Below the pieces are notes generated by a model, which was not told the origin of the DNA, ran no database searches, and saw only the letters and a program-made list of their open reading frames with translations. Source: Candidatus Iainarchaeum sp. (GTDB taxonomy: Archaea > Iainarchaeota > Iainarchaeia > Iainarchaeales > UBA10191). Taken from it: DNA of 64,000 bases. Where the stretch lies: positions 14,038 to 78,037 of the forward strand of contig JAUSFL010000044.1 in assembly GCA_030649735.1 (NCBI GenBank). The letters are read 5' to 3'. Positions 8,937 to 19,438 of this stretch are shown one piece after another. The stretch's first letter is position 1. Every line of letters begins with the position of its first letter. The position numbers and the translations under genes were made by a program.

Positions 8937-10082
8937 ATGACAACTAATGTTTCAGTAGAATACGGAAAAGCGCAGGAAAAGTACGAGGCAGCAAAAACAG
9001 ACGCTGAAAGGCTTCAGGCGCTTTTGGAAATGAAGTCTGCAGCGCCAAACCACAAGGGCGCTGAAAACATGCGCGTGGAGCTTGGAAAAAAAATCTCAAA
9101 ACTAAAAATGGAGATTGAAAAGCAAAAAACCCAAGAGTCAAAAAAAGGCTCTGGCCAAAGCTTAGCAGTAAAAAAAGACGGAATTGGGCAAATTGTCCTA
9201 ATTGGCTTGCCAAATGCAGGAAAAAGCTGCGTGCTAAAAGCCCTAACTGGAGTTGACGTGCAAATAGCCCCTTTTGAATTCACTACAACAATTCCGGAAA
9301 AAGGAATGGTGTTTTTTGAGCAAGTGCAAATTCAAATTGTGGAACTTCCAGCAATAATTGAGGGCAGTTCTGAAGGAAAAGCAAATGGAACTCAAATAAT
9401 TTCAATAGTGAGAAATGCAGATGCGGTGTGCCTGGTGCTTAATGGAAATAATGCATTGCAAGAGTACAAGATTTTGGCTTCAGAATTGAGAAAATCAAAT
9501 ATTTTATTGAATGACAGAAAGCCAAGAATCAGGGTTGAAAGCTCAAAGTTTCCTGGAATTTCAATGTCTGGGAAGCAGTTTTTGAAATGCAGGCAGGAAG
9601 AATTTGAAGGGTTCTTGAAAACAATGGGTTTTTCCAACGCTAGCGTAATGCTTGAAGAGCCGACAGACTTGGCGCTTTTGGCAAAAGCCCTTGATGAAAA
9701 ACTGGTTTACAAAAACGCAATAGCTTTTTTCATCAGGCAAAATCCAGAACAGCTTGAAGAATTGAAAAAAGAGTTTGGCGGAAAAATAATGGTTTTTCAA
9801 GATTACAAAAGTAAGGAAAAAATTGAAGAAGCAAAAAAAGAACTTTTTCAAATTTTGGGAAAAATAAGGATTTTTACAAAAAAGCCTGGAAAAGAAGCTG
9901 ATAAAGAACCGCTTGTTTTGCCGATTGGCTGCACTATCGAAGATGTTGCAAAAGACTTGCACAAAGACTTTGCAGCAAGCCTGAAGTATGCAAAGCTTTG
10001 GGGCTCAAGCAAGTTTGAAGGCCAAAGAGTCCCGAAAGACTACCAATTGCAAGACAAGGACATTGTTGAAATCAGCGCTTGA
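8937..10082 (+). CDS. OBG/DRG-type GTPase with C-terminal TGS domain
   Basis: G1 GLPNAGKS, G-domain order and a C-terminal TGS-like segment (VPKDYQLQDKDIVEI). Confidence 0.75.
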   Translation: MTTNVSVEYGKAQEKYEAAKTDAERLQALLEMKSAAPNHKGAENMRVELGKKISKLKMEIEKQKTQESKKGSGQSLAVKKDGIGQIVLIGLPNAGKSCVLKALTGVDVQIAPFEFTTTIPEKGMVFFEQVQIQIVELPAIIEGSSEGKANGTQIISIVRNADAVCLVLNGNNALQEYKILASELRKSNILLNDRKPRIRVESSKFPGISMSGKQFLKCRQEEFEGFLKTMGFSNASVMLEEPTDLALLAKALDEKLVYKNAIAFFIRQNPEQLEELKKEFGGKIMVFQDYKSKEKIEEAKKELFQILGKIRIFTKKPGKEADKEPLVLPIGCTIEDVAKDLHKDFAASLKYAKLWGSSKFEGQRVPKDYQLQDKDIVEISA

Positions 10083-10143
10083 GCCGACTCATTCTTTAAA
10101 GCAGGGAAGTAAGAATTTATTCTTTTCCGCAAACTATGTTGTA

Positions 10144-11412
10144 ATGCCTGTTGAAGTTAATGTTGGATTAGTTGGTTTGGGAAATATTGGCTCTGGAGTC
10201 CTTGACATTTTGAAGGAAAACTCTGAAATCATTGAAAAACGAACCGGAGTTAGGATAAACCTTGTTGCCGCCTGCGACAAAAGCAAGGAACAGTTGGAGA
10301 AAGCAATTACTTTAGGAATTCCAACAACTGAAAATTTTAAAGACTTGCTCAATAACGAAAAAATCGGCGTGATTATTGAATTGATTGGAGGCTATGAGCC
10401 GGCGCATTCAATAATCATTGATGCGTTAAGGGCAAAAAAGCACGTTATTACAGCCAATAAGGCAGTTCTTGCCAAGTACGGCACTGAAATTTTTGCTGAA
10501 GCGCAAAAAAACAATGTCAATGTATTGTTTGAGGCTGCTGTCGGAGGCTGCATTCCAATAATCAGAACGATTGAAGAAAGCTATTCTTCGGACAGGATAG
10601 AAAAAATTTATGGAATTCTAAACGGAACCACAAACTTTATTCTCACAAGAATGGGTGAAGGAATGAGCTACGAAGAAGCATTGAAAAAAGCGCAAGAGCT
10701 CGGCTTTGCAGAAGCAGACCCTTCTTTTGACGTTGAAGGAAAAGACACCGCGCAAAAGCTTTCAATTCTTGCAGGACTGGCTTTTGACGCAAAAATAGGC
10801 TGCGAAATTTTCACTGAAGGAATCACTAAAATCACTAAAAGCGACATTGACTTTGCAAAAGAGCTTGGCTATGTGATAAAGCTTTTGGCAATCGCAAAAA
10901 AAGAGAACGGCCAGATTGAATTAAGGGTCCATCCGACAATGATTCCAGCCAGTCATTTTTTCGCGAACATCAGCAATGAATTCAATGCAGTTTTGCTTTC
11001 AGGCGCAAACACTGGCGAAATTTTGCTTTCAGGAAAAGGCGCTGGAAAGCTTCCCACCGCAACTGTCGTGGTTACAGACATTATTGAATTAGGGTCCAGG
11101 GTTAGAGTTACGCAAAGGAATTTTGAGAATGTAAAAATAATGCCTTTTGAAGAAGTCACGTCCAGGTTTTTGTTAAGGCTTAATGTTGCCGACAAGCCTG
11201 GAATTCTTGCTGAAATTGCCAAGAGTTTGGGAAATAATGGAATTTCAATTGCCGCGCTTTCGCAGAAAGAAACCAATATGGAAACAGTGCCAATAATTCT
11301 TATAACCCACAAGGCAAGCGAAGGCCAGTTGATTAAGGCAATCAAAGAATTTGAAAGCATTAAAGAAATCAGGGAAAAAGCAAGCGTTTTAAGGATTGAA
11401 GACTTTGATTGA
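10144..11412 (+). CDS. hom: Homoserine dehydrogenase with C-terminal ACT domain
   Basis: VGLVGLGNIGSGV Rossmann motif, catalytic core and C-terminal ACT. Start chosen at the ATG at 10144; the ORF-track upstream extension is unlikely. Confidence 0.85.
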   Translation: MPVEVNVGLVGLGNIGSGVLDILKENSEIIEKRTGVRINLVAACDKSKEQLEKAITLGIPTTENFKDLLNNEKIGVIIELIGGYEPAHSIIIDALRAKKHVITANKAVLAKYGTEIFAEAQKNNVNVLFEAAVGGCIPIIRTIEESYSSDRIEKIYGILNGTTNFILTRMGEGMSYEEALKKAQELGFAEADPSFDVEGKDTAQKLSILAGLAFDAKIGCEIFTEGITKITKSDIDFAKELGYVIKLLAIAKKENGQIELRVHPTMIPASHFFANISNEFNAVLLSGANTGEILLSGKGAGKLPTATVVVTDIIELGSRVRVTQRNFENVKIMPFEEVTSRFLLRLNVADKPGILAEIAKSLGNNGISIAALSQKETNMETVPIILITHKASEGQLIKAIKEFESIKEIREKASVLRIEDFD

Positions 11413-11418
11413 TTTTTT

Positions 11419-12765
11419 TCAGCGCTTCATGCTGTAACTGTCCTTGAATTCTTCAAAGTCTTCCTGCGGGCCTTTTGGCTTGATTATTTTTGGCAAGACT
11501 TTTTGGATAAAAATTATCAAAGCCAATACTGCCGCAATTCCAACCGCGAATTGCACGAAAATGTCAGTGTTCATTGGCTGGTCTATTGGAGCCTGTTCTT
11601 TAACTCCTGCCTTTAGAATCAACCCAATGCTTTGCTTTGCTTTTTGCGCTTCGGAAATTGCAGCGTCATAGTTTGTTTTCTGGAATGCCAGTTCTGCATT
11701 GGTCCAATAGCCTGAAAGCTTTTTGACTTCAGACTGGCTTTTCCACAAACTCACTTTGGTTTCTGACAAGACATCCAATACAGCGGTTTTGAGTATTGAA
11801 TAGTCTTTTGTTGTGGTTTTGAATGAAGCGTCTTCTGAATAAAGCTCGTTGTATGCCTTTACGCGCTTTAGCCTTGATTGCAAGGAGTCAGAGAACACAA
11901 TTGAATAGGAGATTGCTTCCTTTAATGCCTGCTGGACTGCAAGAATGCTTGCGTTAGCCGCTTGCTTTCTTGAAGAAATAGCGCTCTTGTTCAACGCGCT
12001 TGGAGGCTCTGCAAAGGCCATTAACTGCTGTTTTACTGTAGAGTCCAGGTTTGCGTCGGCAATTGCCTTGCGCAAGGCAGAAACCTTGCTGTCATAATCT
12101 ATTGCTTTTTGCTCTAAAGAACTCATGTCGTCCTTTACTGCTTCAAACGCTAATACAACATTGCTTGATTTTTCAGGCGTTGGATTGCTTGAAAAGTCTG
12201 TTTCTTCAGTCAATGCTGCAGAAATTCCTTTCCCAATTGACTTGCAGTCTTCCTGCATTGAGGCAAGCGCAATTTTCATTTCATCGGCCTTTGATTTTAT
12301 CGCCAGAATTTTGGTTTCTGAAGAGACCAGCGAAATGTCTGACTCTTGCTCTTGCTTTAAAACGCGGTTCAGGCTTTCAAAAAAGTCAATGTTTTGCGGC
12401 GTGAAAAACCACTGGCTTTGCAAGGCTTCGCTTTTAGTGTTCAAGAACCTCAGGAAGTATGCTGTTTTGAATAATTGCTCATTGGTTGTTTTGGATTCTA
12501 AAACTTCAGGCAGTGCTTTTGAGGCATTGACTGAAACAAACCCTGCAATTAAAGTGCCTGAAGTTATTGTGACAACCCAGTATTTTGAGTTTGAGGCAGT
12601 AATTTGGACAGGGGGCGAGATTTCAGCGCTTTCTCCAGTTCCCAAAAAGCCTGAAGATCCGACAAAATCGACTGCCTGGCTTGCTGAAATTCCGGCAAAA
12701 GAAAATGCGGGAATTATTGCAAAAGCCAGCAAAATCGCAAAGAATTTTGAGTTCGCAAAAAGCAT
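11419..12765 (-). CDS. Secreted/membrane-anchored coiled-coil protein (signal peptide plus C-terminal TM)
   Basis: N-terminal hydrophobic signal and a C-terminal TM helix followed by a basic tail. Confidence 0.5.
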   Translation of the reverse strand: MLFANSKFFAILLAFAIIPAFSFAGISASQAVDFVGSSGFLGTGESAEISPPVQITASNSKYWVVTITSGTLIAGFVSVNASKALPEVLESKTTNEQLFKTAYFLRFLNTKSEALQSQWFFTPQNIDFFESLNRVLKQEQESDISLVSSETKILAIKSKADEMKIALASMQEDCKSIGKGISAALTEETDFSSNPTPEKSSNVVLAFEAVKDDMSSLEQKAIDYDSKVSALRKAIADANLDSTVKQQLMAFAEPPSALNKSAISSRKQAANASILAVQQALKEAISYSIVFSDSLQSRLKRVKAYNELYSEDASFKTTTKDYSILKTAVLDVLSETKVSLWKSQSEVKKLSGYWTNAELAFQKTNYDAAISEAQKAKQSIGLILKAGVKEQAPIDQPMNTDIFVQFAVGIAAVLALIIFIQKVLPKIIKPKGPQEDFEEFKDSYSMKR

Positions 12766-12821
12766 AATTGACCAAAATTTTAAGGAAATTCTTGTTTATA
12801 ATGGTTTTCAGGGAAAAAGCC

Positions 12822-13046
12822 TCACTTTCCAAGCAATTGTTTTCTTTTTTCCTGCTGTTGCTCCATGAATTTTTGGATTAGAAAGTAGGCCGCCGCCAGT
12901 ATTGGCGGGATTATTGCAATGAAAGAATTCAGGCCCTGGGTTTTCATTGAAATAAAGTTCAATAGAATGAGCAAAGTGGCTGAAAACTCTAAAGTGATCA
13001 GGACAATCATGACTCGCTTGACATCGCTTAAGGCCCTCATTCTCAA
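12822..13046 (-). CDS. Small two-TM membrane protein
   Basis: 74 aa with two hydrophobic helices. Confidence 0.3.
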   Translation of the reverse strand: MRMRALSDVKRVMIVLITLEFSATLLILLNFISMKTQGLNSFIAIIPPILAAAYFLIQKFMEQQQEKRKQLLGK

Positions 13047-13112
13047 AAACCCCTAATCAAACAGGCAAAACAAATATAATAATGTTTTTTTGCAAAAAAA
13101 CAGGCTGGGGAT

Positions 13113-13388
13113 TTGGTTTTTAAAGTTTCACTTCTAGAGAATACTCTTATGCACAGGAAACAATCGAAAGACCATATTGAAAAGCCAGAGGACAAGATCT
13201 GGAAACAATGGTTTGAAAAGCTCACTCCCAAAGACCATGACAATTACATGTCAAAATTGGGTTTGACTGAAGAAGACAAGGAAGAATTGCCTGTAATTGA
13301 AGAGCAATTGCATTCTTTGGACAGTCCGCAAAAGAGCCAAGAGCAGGCACTTGATTCCAAGGCATTGAAAGGCAAGAAAAAACGTTGA
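13113..13388 (+). CDS. Hypothetical charged protein
   Basis: ORF only. Confidence 0.3.
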   Translation: MVFKVSLLENTLMHRKQSKDHIEKPEDKIWKQWFEKLTPKDHDNYMSKLGLTEEDKEELPVIEEQLHSLDSPQKSQEQALDSKALKGKKKR

Positions 13389-13401
13389 GGGGCGGTTTTG
13401 A

Positions 13402-13773
13402 ATGGGTGAATTGAAAATTTTAAAGTTAAAGGACGGCGATGACGTCATTGAATCATTGAAGGAGTTTGCTTCAAAAAACAACATACAGCAAGGCTACATC
13501 AAGGAAGCCGAGGGAAAAATCAGGGATTTTGAAATAAGCGCTTTTTCAGGCGGCGGAAGCATTCAAAACTACAGGGACAAAAACCAGCAGGACGTAATCG
13601 CAATCAATGGGCAAATTACTCTATCTAAAGGGAATCCGGTAATTCAATTGAAAATTTCAGTCTCCAGGGCTGGATTAAGCGCTGTTTCAGGGCTTTTGCT
13701 TTCAGCAAAGGCTGGGGAAACCCTTGACATTGCAATTGAAAAAAGAGACATGAGCAAAATGATTTACGCTTGA
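13402..13773 (+). CDS. PPC/DUF296-like domain protein
   Basis: ~120-aa beta-rich pattern resembling the PPC (DUF296) fold. Confidence 0.4.
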   Translation: MGELKILKLKDGDDVIESLKEFASKNNIQQGYIKEAEGKIRDFEISAFSGGGSIQNYRDKNQQDVIAINGQITLSKGNPVIQLKISVSRAGLSAVSGLLLSAKAGETLDIAIEKRDMSKMIYA

Positions 13774-13823
13774 AGTCTTGAAAGCCTTATTAACCACTTT
13801 CGACTTTTTTCTTTAGGTCTAAA

Positions 13824-14378
13824 ATGCTGCAAAAACTGATTGGCGAGCTTGTCGAGTTAAGGCAAAGCTTCAAGAAAGAAAAGCAATTCAAGCTTAAGGA
13901 ATTAAGCAGCGAACTAATCGAACAGGCTGCCTTGACTAATGACTACTTCAAGGCATTAATGTCCTTAATCGCCTATTCTTTGTACAAGCTTTCTTCAAAA
14001 ACACACGTTCGGAAAAACCCGAAATGGAAATTAGCGAGAACTGAAATCCTGTCGCATTTGGATGCTGCGATTGGCTTGCTTGAAAAGCACGATTTTCGGA
14101 ATGCGGAAGAAGAATTGCGCAATGCCGTAGGGCATATTTCAAGGGCAGATTCTGAAATAAGCAATTACGCGAAAGGAATTTTTGAAAAGTCAAAGACAAA
14201 AATGGCGTCAAGCGCTTATTCTTTCGGGCTTTCTTTAGGCCAGGCGGCATGGCTTACTGGCGCTGACAAGAAAGACTTGATGAATTACATTGGAATTACT
14301 AAAATGCATGAAGAGGCGGGCGTTAGCCTGGGAATCAGCGAGCGCTTGAAAAACCTGAAGGGAGCGCTTTCTGCATGA
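13824..14378 (+). CDS. Hypothetical alpha-helical protein
   Basis: ORF only. Confidence 0.4.
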   Translation: MLQKLIGELVELRQSFKKEKQFKLKELSSELIEQAALTNDYFKALMSLIAYSLYKLSSKTHVRKNPKWKLARTEILSHLDAAIGLLEKHDFRNAEEELRNAVGHISRADSEISNYAKGIFEKSKTKMASSAYSFGLSLGQAAWLTGADKKDLMNYIGITKMHEEAGVSLGISERLKNLKGALSA

Positions 14379-15040
14379 ACAGCATTGTCTTGGATTCAAG
14401 CAGCATTATTTCAATCAGCGAAAAATGCTTTATCAAAAGCTTTGCAGGCCTGTCAAAAAAGGCAGAATTGGTCATTCCAAAAAAAGTCGAGTTTGAGTCA
14501 ATAATAAAGCCAATTGGAATTAAAGAATTCGAGCTTAACGCGTTAAGGATTAGAATGGCTTTGAAAGAGCAGTGGCTGAAAAGCATTCAATTGACTCCGG
14601 AATTTTTGCAGCTTTCTGTAAAAATCAAGGACACTGCAAACAATTGCTTTCTTGTTGACCAAAAGCCTTTCGTGCTCATTCAAGACGGCGAGGCAGAGAC
14701 TCTGGCATTAATGAAGCAAATTAATGCCTCAATGCTGGTCATTGATGAAAGGAACACTCGAATGCTGATTGAAGACATTCAAGGCTTGAAGTCTTACTTG
14801 GAGCACAAGATTGGCAAAATAACAATCAATGAAAAAAGCGCTTTGGAATTGAAGCGTTTGATTTCGGGCATTAAAGTGTGCAGATCTGTGGAATTGATTG
14901 CGCTCGCTTTCGAGCAGGGATTTTTGGATGAAGAGCTTGAAAAAAGCAAGGAATCGCTTGAGGCTGCGCTTTACGCAGTCAAGTTTTCAGGCTGCGCTGT
15001 CTCAGAACAGGAAATCCAAGAGTACTTAAGAAACGTTTGA
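14375..15040 (+). CDS. Hypothetical protein
   Basis: ORF; 4-nt overlap with the upstream gene suggests an operon. Confidence 0.4.
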   Translation: MNSIVLDSSSIISISEKCFIKSFAGLSKKAELVIPKKVEFESIIKPIGIKEFELNALRIRMALKEQWLKSIQLTPEFLQLSVKIKDTANNCFLVDQKPFVLIQDGEAETLALMKQINASMLVIDERNTRMLIEDIQGLKSYLEHKIGKITINEKSALELKRLISGIKVCRSVELIALAFEQGFLDEELEKSKESLEAALYAVKFSGCAVSEQEIQEYLRNV

Positions 15041-15107
15041 AAAGTCTTTTAGGAATTGAATAAAAAAGGTTTCGGTTTTAATAAATTAGTTCACAAGGCG
15101 TTTTTTT

Positions 15108-15566
15108 ATGATTGTTAAAAAAGCAGAAAGCGAGGATGCTGCAGTAATAAGTGAAATGATTTTTTCAGAATTCCCTTACACCAAGGCAGACACTGAAAAC
15201 GTCAAAGTGCGCATGAGCAAGCCGCACATCGGGCTTTTCAAGGCAATTGATGGGGCAAAAATTGCCGGATTTTTGGAAATTGAACTGCTTGACAGTCTTT
15301 TCAATGTCTGGAGAATCAATGGCCTTGCAGTGAAGAAAGAGTTCAGGCAGAATGGAATTGGGAAAGAACTGACAGAATTTGCTGTTTCTTTCGCAAAGCG
15401 CAATAGGGCTTCACAATTGGTTCTTTTAGTAAGGCCTGACAATTACATTGCGAAAAAAATGTACAAGAAAATTGGCTTTCAGGCAAATGGATTGTGGAAA
15501 AGCCAGATTAATGGCAAGCGCGCTGAAGAATGGGTCTTGAATTTGCAGAACAATTCCATAGTTTAG
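15108..15566 (+). CDS. GNAT N-acetyltransferase
   Basis: Motif A region LAVKKEFRQNGIGKELT. Confidence 0.8.
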   Translation: MIVKKAESEDAAVISEMIFSEFPYTKADTENVKVRMSKPHIGLFKAIDGAKIAGFLEIELLDSLFNVWRINGLAVKKEFRQNGIGKELTEFAVSFAKRNRASQLVLLVRPDNYIAKKMYKKIGFQANGLWKSQINGKRAEEWVLNLQNNSIV

Positions 15567-15636
15567 CCTGGTTTTTCTTCGACCGGAACTCTCGCACCAA
15601 AAGCGATTTATAAAGCAAAAATTATCGTATAGCTTT

Positions 15637-15828
15637 ATGCTAAGGCTTTTGAAAATTCCTGAAAACGAGGCTAAGAGAGTGAAATGGTCGGCAAGGTATA
15701 GGCGCTTGCTATTTATTCACAGAAACGAGAAATTTGGGGATTTGAGGCTTTTCTTGAAGCAAACCCAGCTTGTTTTAGAAGCTACTGCCGCAGTGCAAAT
15801 TCAGTCTTCAAGAAAGCCAAGCCTTTAG
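15637..15828 (+). CDS. Small hypothetical protein, possible antitoxin partner of the downstream PIN protein
   Basis: 63-aa ORF immediately upstream of the PIN gene. Confidence 0.25.
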   Translation: MLRLLKIPENEAKRVKWSARYRRLLFIHRNEKFGDLRLFLKQTQLVLEATAAVQIQSSRKPSL

Positions 15829-15851
15829 CATTATCTTTACAGGCGGCTTTT

Positions 15852-16265
15852 GTGAGAATTTACCTGGATTCTAACGTGCTGATTTCTTTAATTAAGGAAG
15901 AAATTAACAGCCAGCTTAGGGCATTGTTCATTGAGGCTGAAAGATTTTTCAGGAATGCCAAAGCAAAAGGCCACACATTAGTTATTTCAGAATTTTTCTT
16001 AATGGAGGTTGGAAAAATCTGCAAAATAAGCAGGGCGCAGATCATCGAATATTTTGAAATGATGGAAGTAAAAACAGAAATTGCTTGCCTTAATGAAAAG
16101 ATTATTCGGGAAATGGCTCAAAGAATAAGACTGCACTATCCAGGCAATTTTCACGCTGCAATTGCACTGGCAAACAAATGTGATTGCATTGTAACATTCA
16201 ATGGCAGGGATTTTGAAGCAATTAAATGCAAGATTCAAGTCTTGGAACCTTTAGATTTGGCTTGA
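15852..16265 (+). CDS. PIN-domain (VapC-like) protein
   Basis: N-terminal IYLDSNVLI with a conserved Asp, ~135 aa, GTG start. Confidence 0.65.
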   Translation: MRIYLDSNVLISLIKEEINSQLRALFIEAERFFRNAKAKGHTLVISEFFLMEVGKICKISRAQIIEYFEMMEVKTEIACLNEKIIREMAQRIRLHYPGNFHAAIALANKCDCIVTFNGRDFEAIKCKIQVLEPLDLA

Positions 16266-16537
16266 AGTTCTTTAAGAAATTCATCAGCAATTCCTGCGCG
16301 GTCTTTTCTCATTAGTGTTCTGCCGTCATAACCGTTTTTTCTTGCAAGCGCGCGGATCTTTTCACTGGCTTCGTGGACTTTCCTGAAATCCTCGTCAAGC
16401 ATTAAAGTTTCCAGAAGGTTTTTCCTGATTGCATCCTTTAAGAATTCGCTTCGTGAGGAGTAAAGGCCTGAATTCTTGACAGCATTGTCAATTACCTTAA
16501 CTAGAGAATCATTAACTTCAACTGAAAGCATTTTCAT
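16235..16537 (-). CDS. Ribbon-helix-helix (CopG/NikR-like) DNA-binding protein
   Basis: N-terminal RHH pattern LSVEVNDSLVKVIDNAVKNSGLYSSRSEFLKDAIRKNL. Confidence 0.6.
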   Translation of the reverse strand: MKMLSVEVNDSLVKVIDNAVKNSGLYSSRSEFLKDAIRKNLLETLMLDEDFRKVHEASEKIRALARKNGYDGRTLMRKDRAGIADEFLKELQAKSKGSKT

Positions 16538-16604
16538 AAAACCACATTAAAAATGTGTTAGTAACAGGTTATTAAGGCTTTCGTGGCTGAAAACAAGAAG
16601 AAAA

Positions 16605-18071
16605 TCAATAGCTTTTGCCAAACAATATTTTTCGTTTTGAGGGCTTTCCGCAGCGAATGCATTTTCCGCTTGAAGGCTTTTGGTTGAATGGAATGCATCT
16701 TGTTCCTGCTGTTGTTTCTGCCTTGATGTTGTCTTCGCATTCTCCTGTTTCGCAAAAGTGCGCCAAAACCATTTTTTTGCCTTCAATGATTTTTTTCAAT
16801 TCTGCCATTGTTGAAGCTTCCACAATGCTCGAGTCAAGGAAAGCTTTTGCTTTTTTGAAAAGAGAGCTTTGCATTTCTTCAAGAGATTTTAAGACTTCCT
16901 TTTTAACTTCAGGAATTTTTACCGGCTTTTTTTCCCCGGTGTCCCTTCGCACAAGCATTATGCTTTCTTTTTCCAGGTCTTTTGGGCCTATCTCAATCCT
17001 TAATGGAATTCCCTTTAGTTCCCACTCGCCATACTTGAAGCCTGGGGAAAGGTTTTCCCTGTCGTCAATTATTGGGTTGAATTCTAGAAGTGCTTTTTCA
17101 AGCTCGCGGGCTTTTTTAAGGACTTTTTCCTTGGAGTCTGTAAATAAAATCGGCACAATCACTATCTTATTGAACGCGATTTTTGGAGGAATCACAAGCC
17201 CTTTATTGTCCGAATGAGTCATTATCAAACCGCCAATAAGCCTTGTTGAAAAGCCCCAGCTGTTTTGCCAGCCAAACTCGAATTCGCCTTTCTTGTTCAG
17301 GAATTTTATTCCAAAAGCTTTTGCGAAATTCTGCCCCAAAAAATGCGTTGTTCCCATTTGCAATGCCTTTCCGTCAGGCATGAATGCTTCCACAGCATAA
17401 GTGTTGACTGCGCCGGGAAATTTTTCCTTTTCAGTTTTGACTCCCAAAATTACGGGAATTGCCAAGAGCTCTTCGTCAAGCTTTTTGTACTCTTGCAGCA
17501 TTTCCAAAGCATCTTTTTCTGCCTCTTCGGGTGTTGCAAAAACATTATGGCCTTCCTGCCACAAGAACTCGCGCGTCCTAAGGAAGAGCTTTGTCATTTT
17601 GATTTCCCAACGCACTATGTTGCACCATTGATTAATGCGCAAGGGCAAGTCACGCCAGCTTCTAATCCATTTTGAATAGGCATCGTACATTATTGTTTCG
17701 CTTGTTGGACGGATTGCAAGCCTTTCCACTGTCTCTTGCCTGTCTTTTTCAACCCATGCAACTTCTGGAGTGAATCCTTCAGCGTGCTCTTGCTCTTTCT
17801 TGAAGAATGATTCTGGAATCAATAATGGAAAATAAGCGTTTTTTACTCCGCGGGCTTTAATGACTTCGTCAAAGTTTTTTTGGATTGCTTCCCAAATTGC
17901 ATAACCGTTGGGGCGAATTGTCATGAAGCCATGAACTGGCGCATAATCTGCAAGCTCTGCTTTTTCGACAATTTGATTGTACCATTCAGAGAAATCCTGC
18001 TCTTTAGTGACTGTCAAGCCGGCAGTCTGAGAGCTCTTTTCATTAATTGCCTGCTTTCTTTGCCCTTGCAT
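16605..18071 (-). CDS. proS: Prolyl-tRNA synthetase, archaeal/eukaryotic type (no bacterial editing insertion)
   Basis: Class II motifs, C-terminal zinc-binding archaeal-type domain, 488 aa. Confidence 0.92.
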   Translation of the reverse strand: MQGQRKQAINEKSSQTAGLTVTKEQDFSEWYNQIVEKAELADYAPVHGFMTIRPNGYAIWEAIQKNFDEVIKARGVKNAYFPLLIPESFFKKEQEHAEGFTPEVAWVEKDRQETVERLAIRPTSETIMYDAYSKWIRSWRDLPLRINQWCNIVRWEIKMTKLFLRTREFLWQEGHNVFATPEEAEKDALEMLQEYKKLDEELLAIPVILGVKTEKEKFPGAVNTYAVEAFMPDGKALQMGTTHFLGQNFAKAFGIKFLNKKGEFEFGWQNSWGFSTRLIGGLIMTHSDNKGLVIPPKIAFNKIVIVPILFTDSKEKVLKKARELEKALLEFNPIIDDRENLSPGFKYGEWELKGIPLRIEIGPKDLEKESIMLVRRDTGEKKPVKIPEVKKEVLKSLEEMQSSLFKKAKAFLDSSIVEASTMAELKKIIEGKKMVLAHFCETGECEDNIKAETTAGTRCIPFNQKPSSGKCIRCGKPSKRKILFGKSY

Positions 18072-18137
18072 TTTTTGAAAACCTTTAGAACAATTACTGC
18101 TGATTTTGTTTAAAAAACAACTGCTGCGCGCTGGCTT

Positions 18138-18392
18138 TTATTTGCTTAATTGCTTTTCAGAGCCGCGCGTGCAATAATACCTGTTGTGCAGCCCGGCTTT
18201 TTGCGTTACTGGACAGCCGCCGCAAATGCAGCCGTTTTCTTCTTTTATGCACTTGCTTTTGCCAATGCTTTCAAAGCAAAAGCCGCCTTTTTCCTTGCAT
18301 TCAATCCAGGAAGGGCATTGAGGGCAGGCGCATAATGGAATCAGTTCTTTCTTTTGCTTTTCCATTGCCTCAAAATCAACCATTTGAAACAC
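18138..18392 (-). CDS. Small cysteine-rich (metal-binding) protein
   Basis: 84 aa with CACPQCPS and CICGGCP clusters. Confidence 0.45.
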   Translation of the reverse strand: MFQMVDFEAMEKQKKELIPLCACPQCPSWIECKEKGGFCFESIGKSKCIKEENGCICGGCPVTQKAGLHNRYYCTRGSEKQLSK

Positions 18393-18401
18393 CGTACATT
18401 T

Positions 18402-19283
18402 TTAATTTTTTGAATTGTCAAAAACCCACTTGTTCGGGCCTTCCTTACGCAGTATTCTTGCGGAATTCATGACATTTTCAGCCAGTAATTCAACTTCTTC
18501 CACATTGCATTCTGAAAGCACTATTGGCTTGTCCTTGCTTGTGGCATTGCAGATTGAAGCCATTGCGTAAGAATTTGAGAATGGAGGAAAGCTCATTCCA
18601 TAATGGTTTAATGTCATAAAAAGGCTTGAAATTGCCATTGACGCCCCTTCCTCATGGCTTGTTGTAATAATCCCGGCTGTCTTTCCAGTGAATCTTTTCA
18701 GCATTCCAGAACCTGGAATTTTACTGTCTGCAGTCAATTCAATGAATTGCATATGCTTTTTGTTCAATTCCCTGTTTTTCGGGCTTTTTGGGTCTGCTGG
18801 AGAAAGGCTTCCGTCAAGGCTAATGCACCTGTCAATGAATGCCGCCATTAGAGTTGAAATTTTGAAATTGTTAACTGGGGTTGCAAAAATTATTGCGTCA
18901 GCCTTCAGGATTTTGTCATAAAGCTTGTTTGACATGTCGTCTCCTTGCGGAGTCCCTTTAGGATAGCAAGTGCAGTAAAAGTGGCATTGCGTGTTGACTG
19001 TCGAATAGCAGGCCTTGCAGTGCTGTATGCTGAATTTCCGCAATGGAACCAATTCTGTTTTTGCGCCTAATTTTTCGCATTTTTTCAGGCAGGCTTTCAA
19101 AAGCGCTTCTGAACTCGAGCTTTCCTGGGACATGTCGAACTCGTCCCTTGCGCTGCCCGAAATTCCCAAAACAGTGATTTTTCCCGTCTTTTTCTTTGCA
19201 AGCGCTTTTGCTTCCTTCAATGTCTTGCCTTGCACTTTCTTGAACATTTGCAAAGTTTTGGAATCAATCCCTAGCGCAGACAT
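18402..19283 (-). CDS. NADPH-dependent FMN reductase / iron-sulfur flavoprotein (Isf-like)
   Basis: Flavodoxin-like KITVLGISGSARD and compact Cys motif HCKACYSTVNTQCHFYCTC. Start uncertain; the ORF track extends to 19394. Confidence 0.65.
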   Translation of the reverse strand: MSALGIDSKTLQMFKKVQGKTLKEAKALAKKKTGKITVLGISGSARDEFDMSQESSSSEALLKACLKKCEKLGAKTELVPLRKFSIQHCKACYSTVNTQCHFYCTCYPKGTPQGDDMSNKLYDKILKADAIIFATPVNNFKISTLMAAFIDRCISLDGSLSPADPKSPKNRELNKKHMQFIELTADSKIPGSGMLKRFTGKTAGIITTSHEEGASMAISSLFMTLNHYGMSFPPFSNSYAMASICNATSKDKPIVLSECNVEEVELLAENVMNSARILRKEGPNKWVFDNSKN

Positions 19284-19417
19284 TATTTCAGAGTCAGAAT
19301 GCCTTGAGACCATGATTAGCATTAAATGCATAATTTGTTTAAAAAAACAAGCGCAAAAAGCGCGTTTTTTCGCTTCCCTTCCCGGAAAAAGCACTCAAGC
19401 TGAACTGTTTTTATAAA

Positions 19418-19433
19418 GTTAGGTTGACCTAAT
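19418..19433. promoter_or_regulatory. Probable DtxR/MntR-family operator (palindrome TTAGGTTGACCTAA) overlapping the TATA-like box of the dtxR-feoB promoter
   Basis: TTTTTATAAA at 19409-19418, then GTTAGGTTGACCTAAT immediately upstream of the dtxR ATG (19439). Half-sites TTAGGT/ACCTAA match the DtxR iron-box half-site. Confidence 0.5.
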
Positions 19434-19438
19434 ATTTT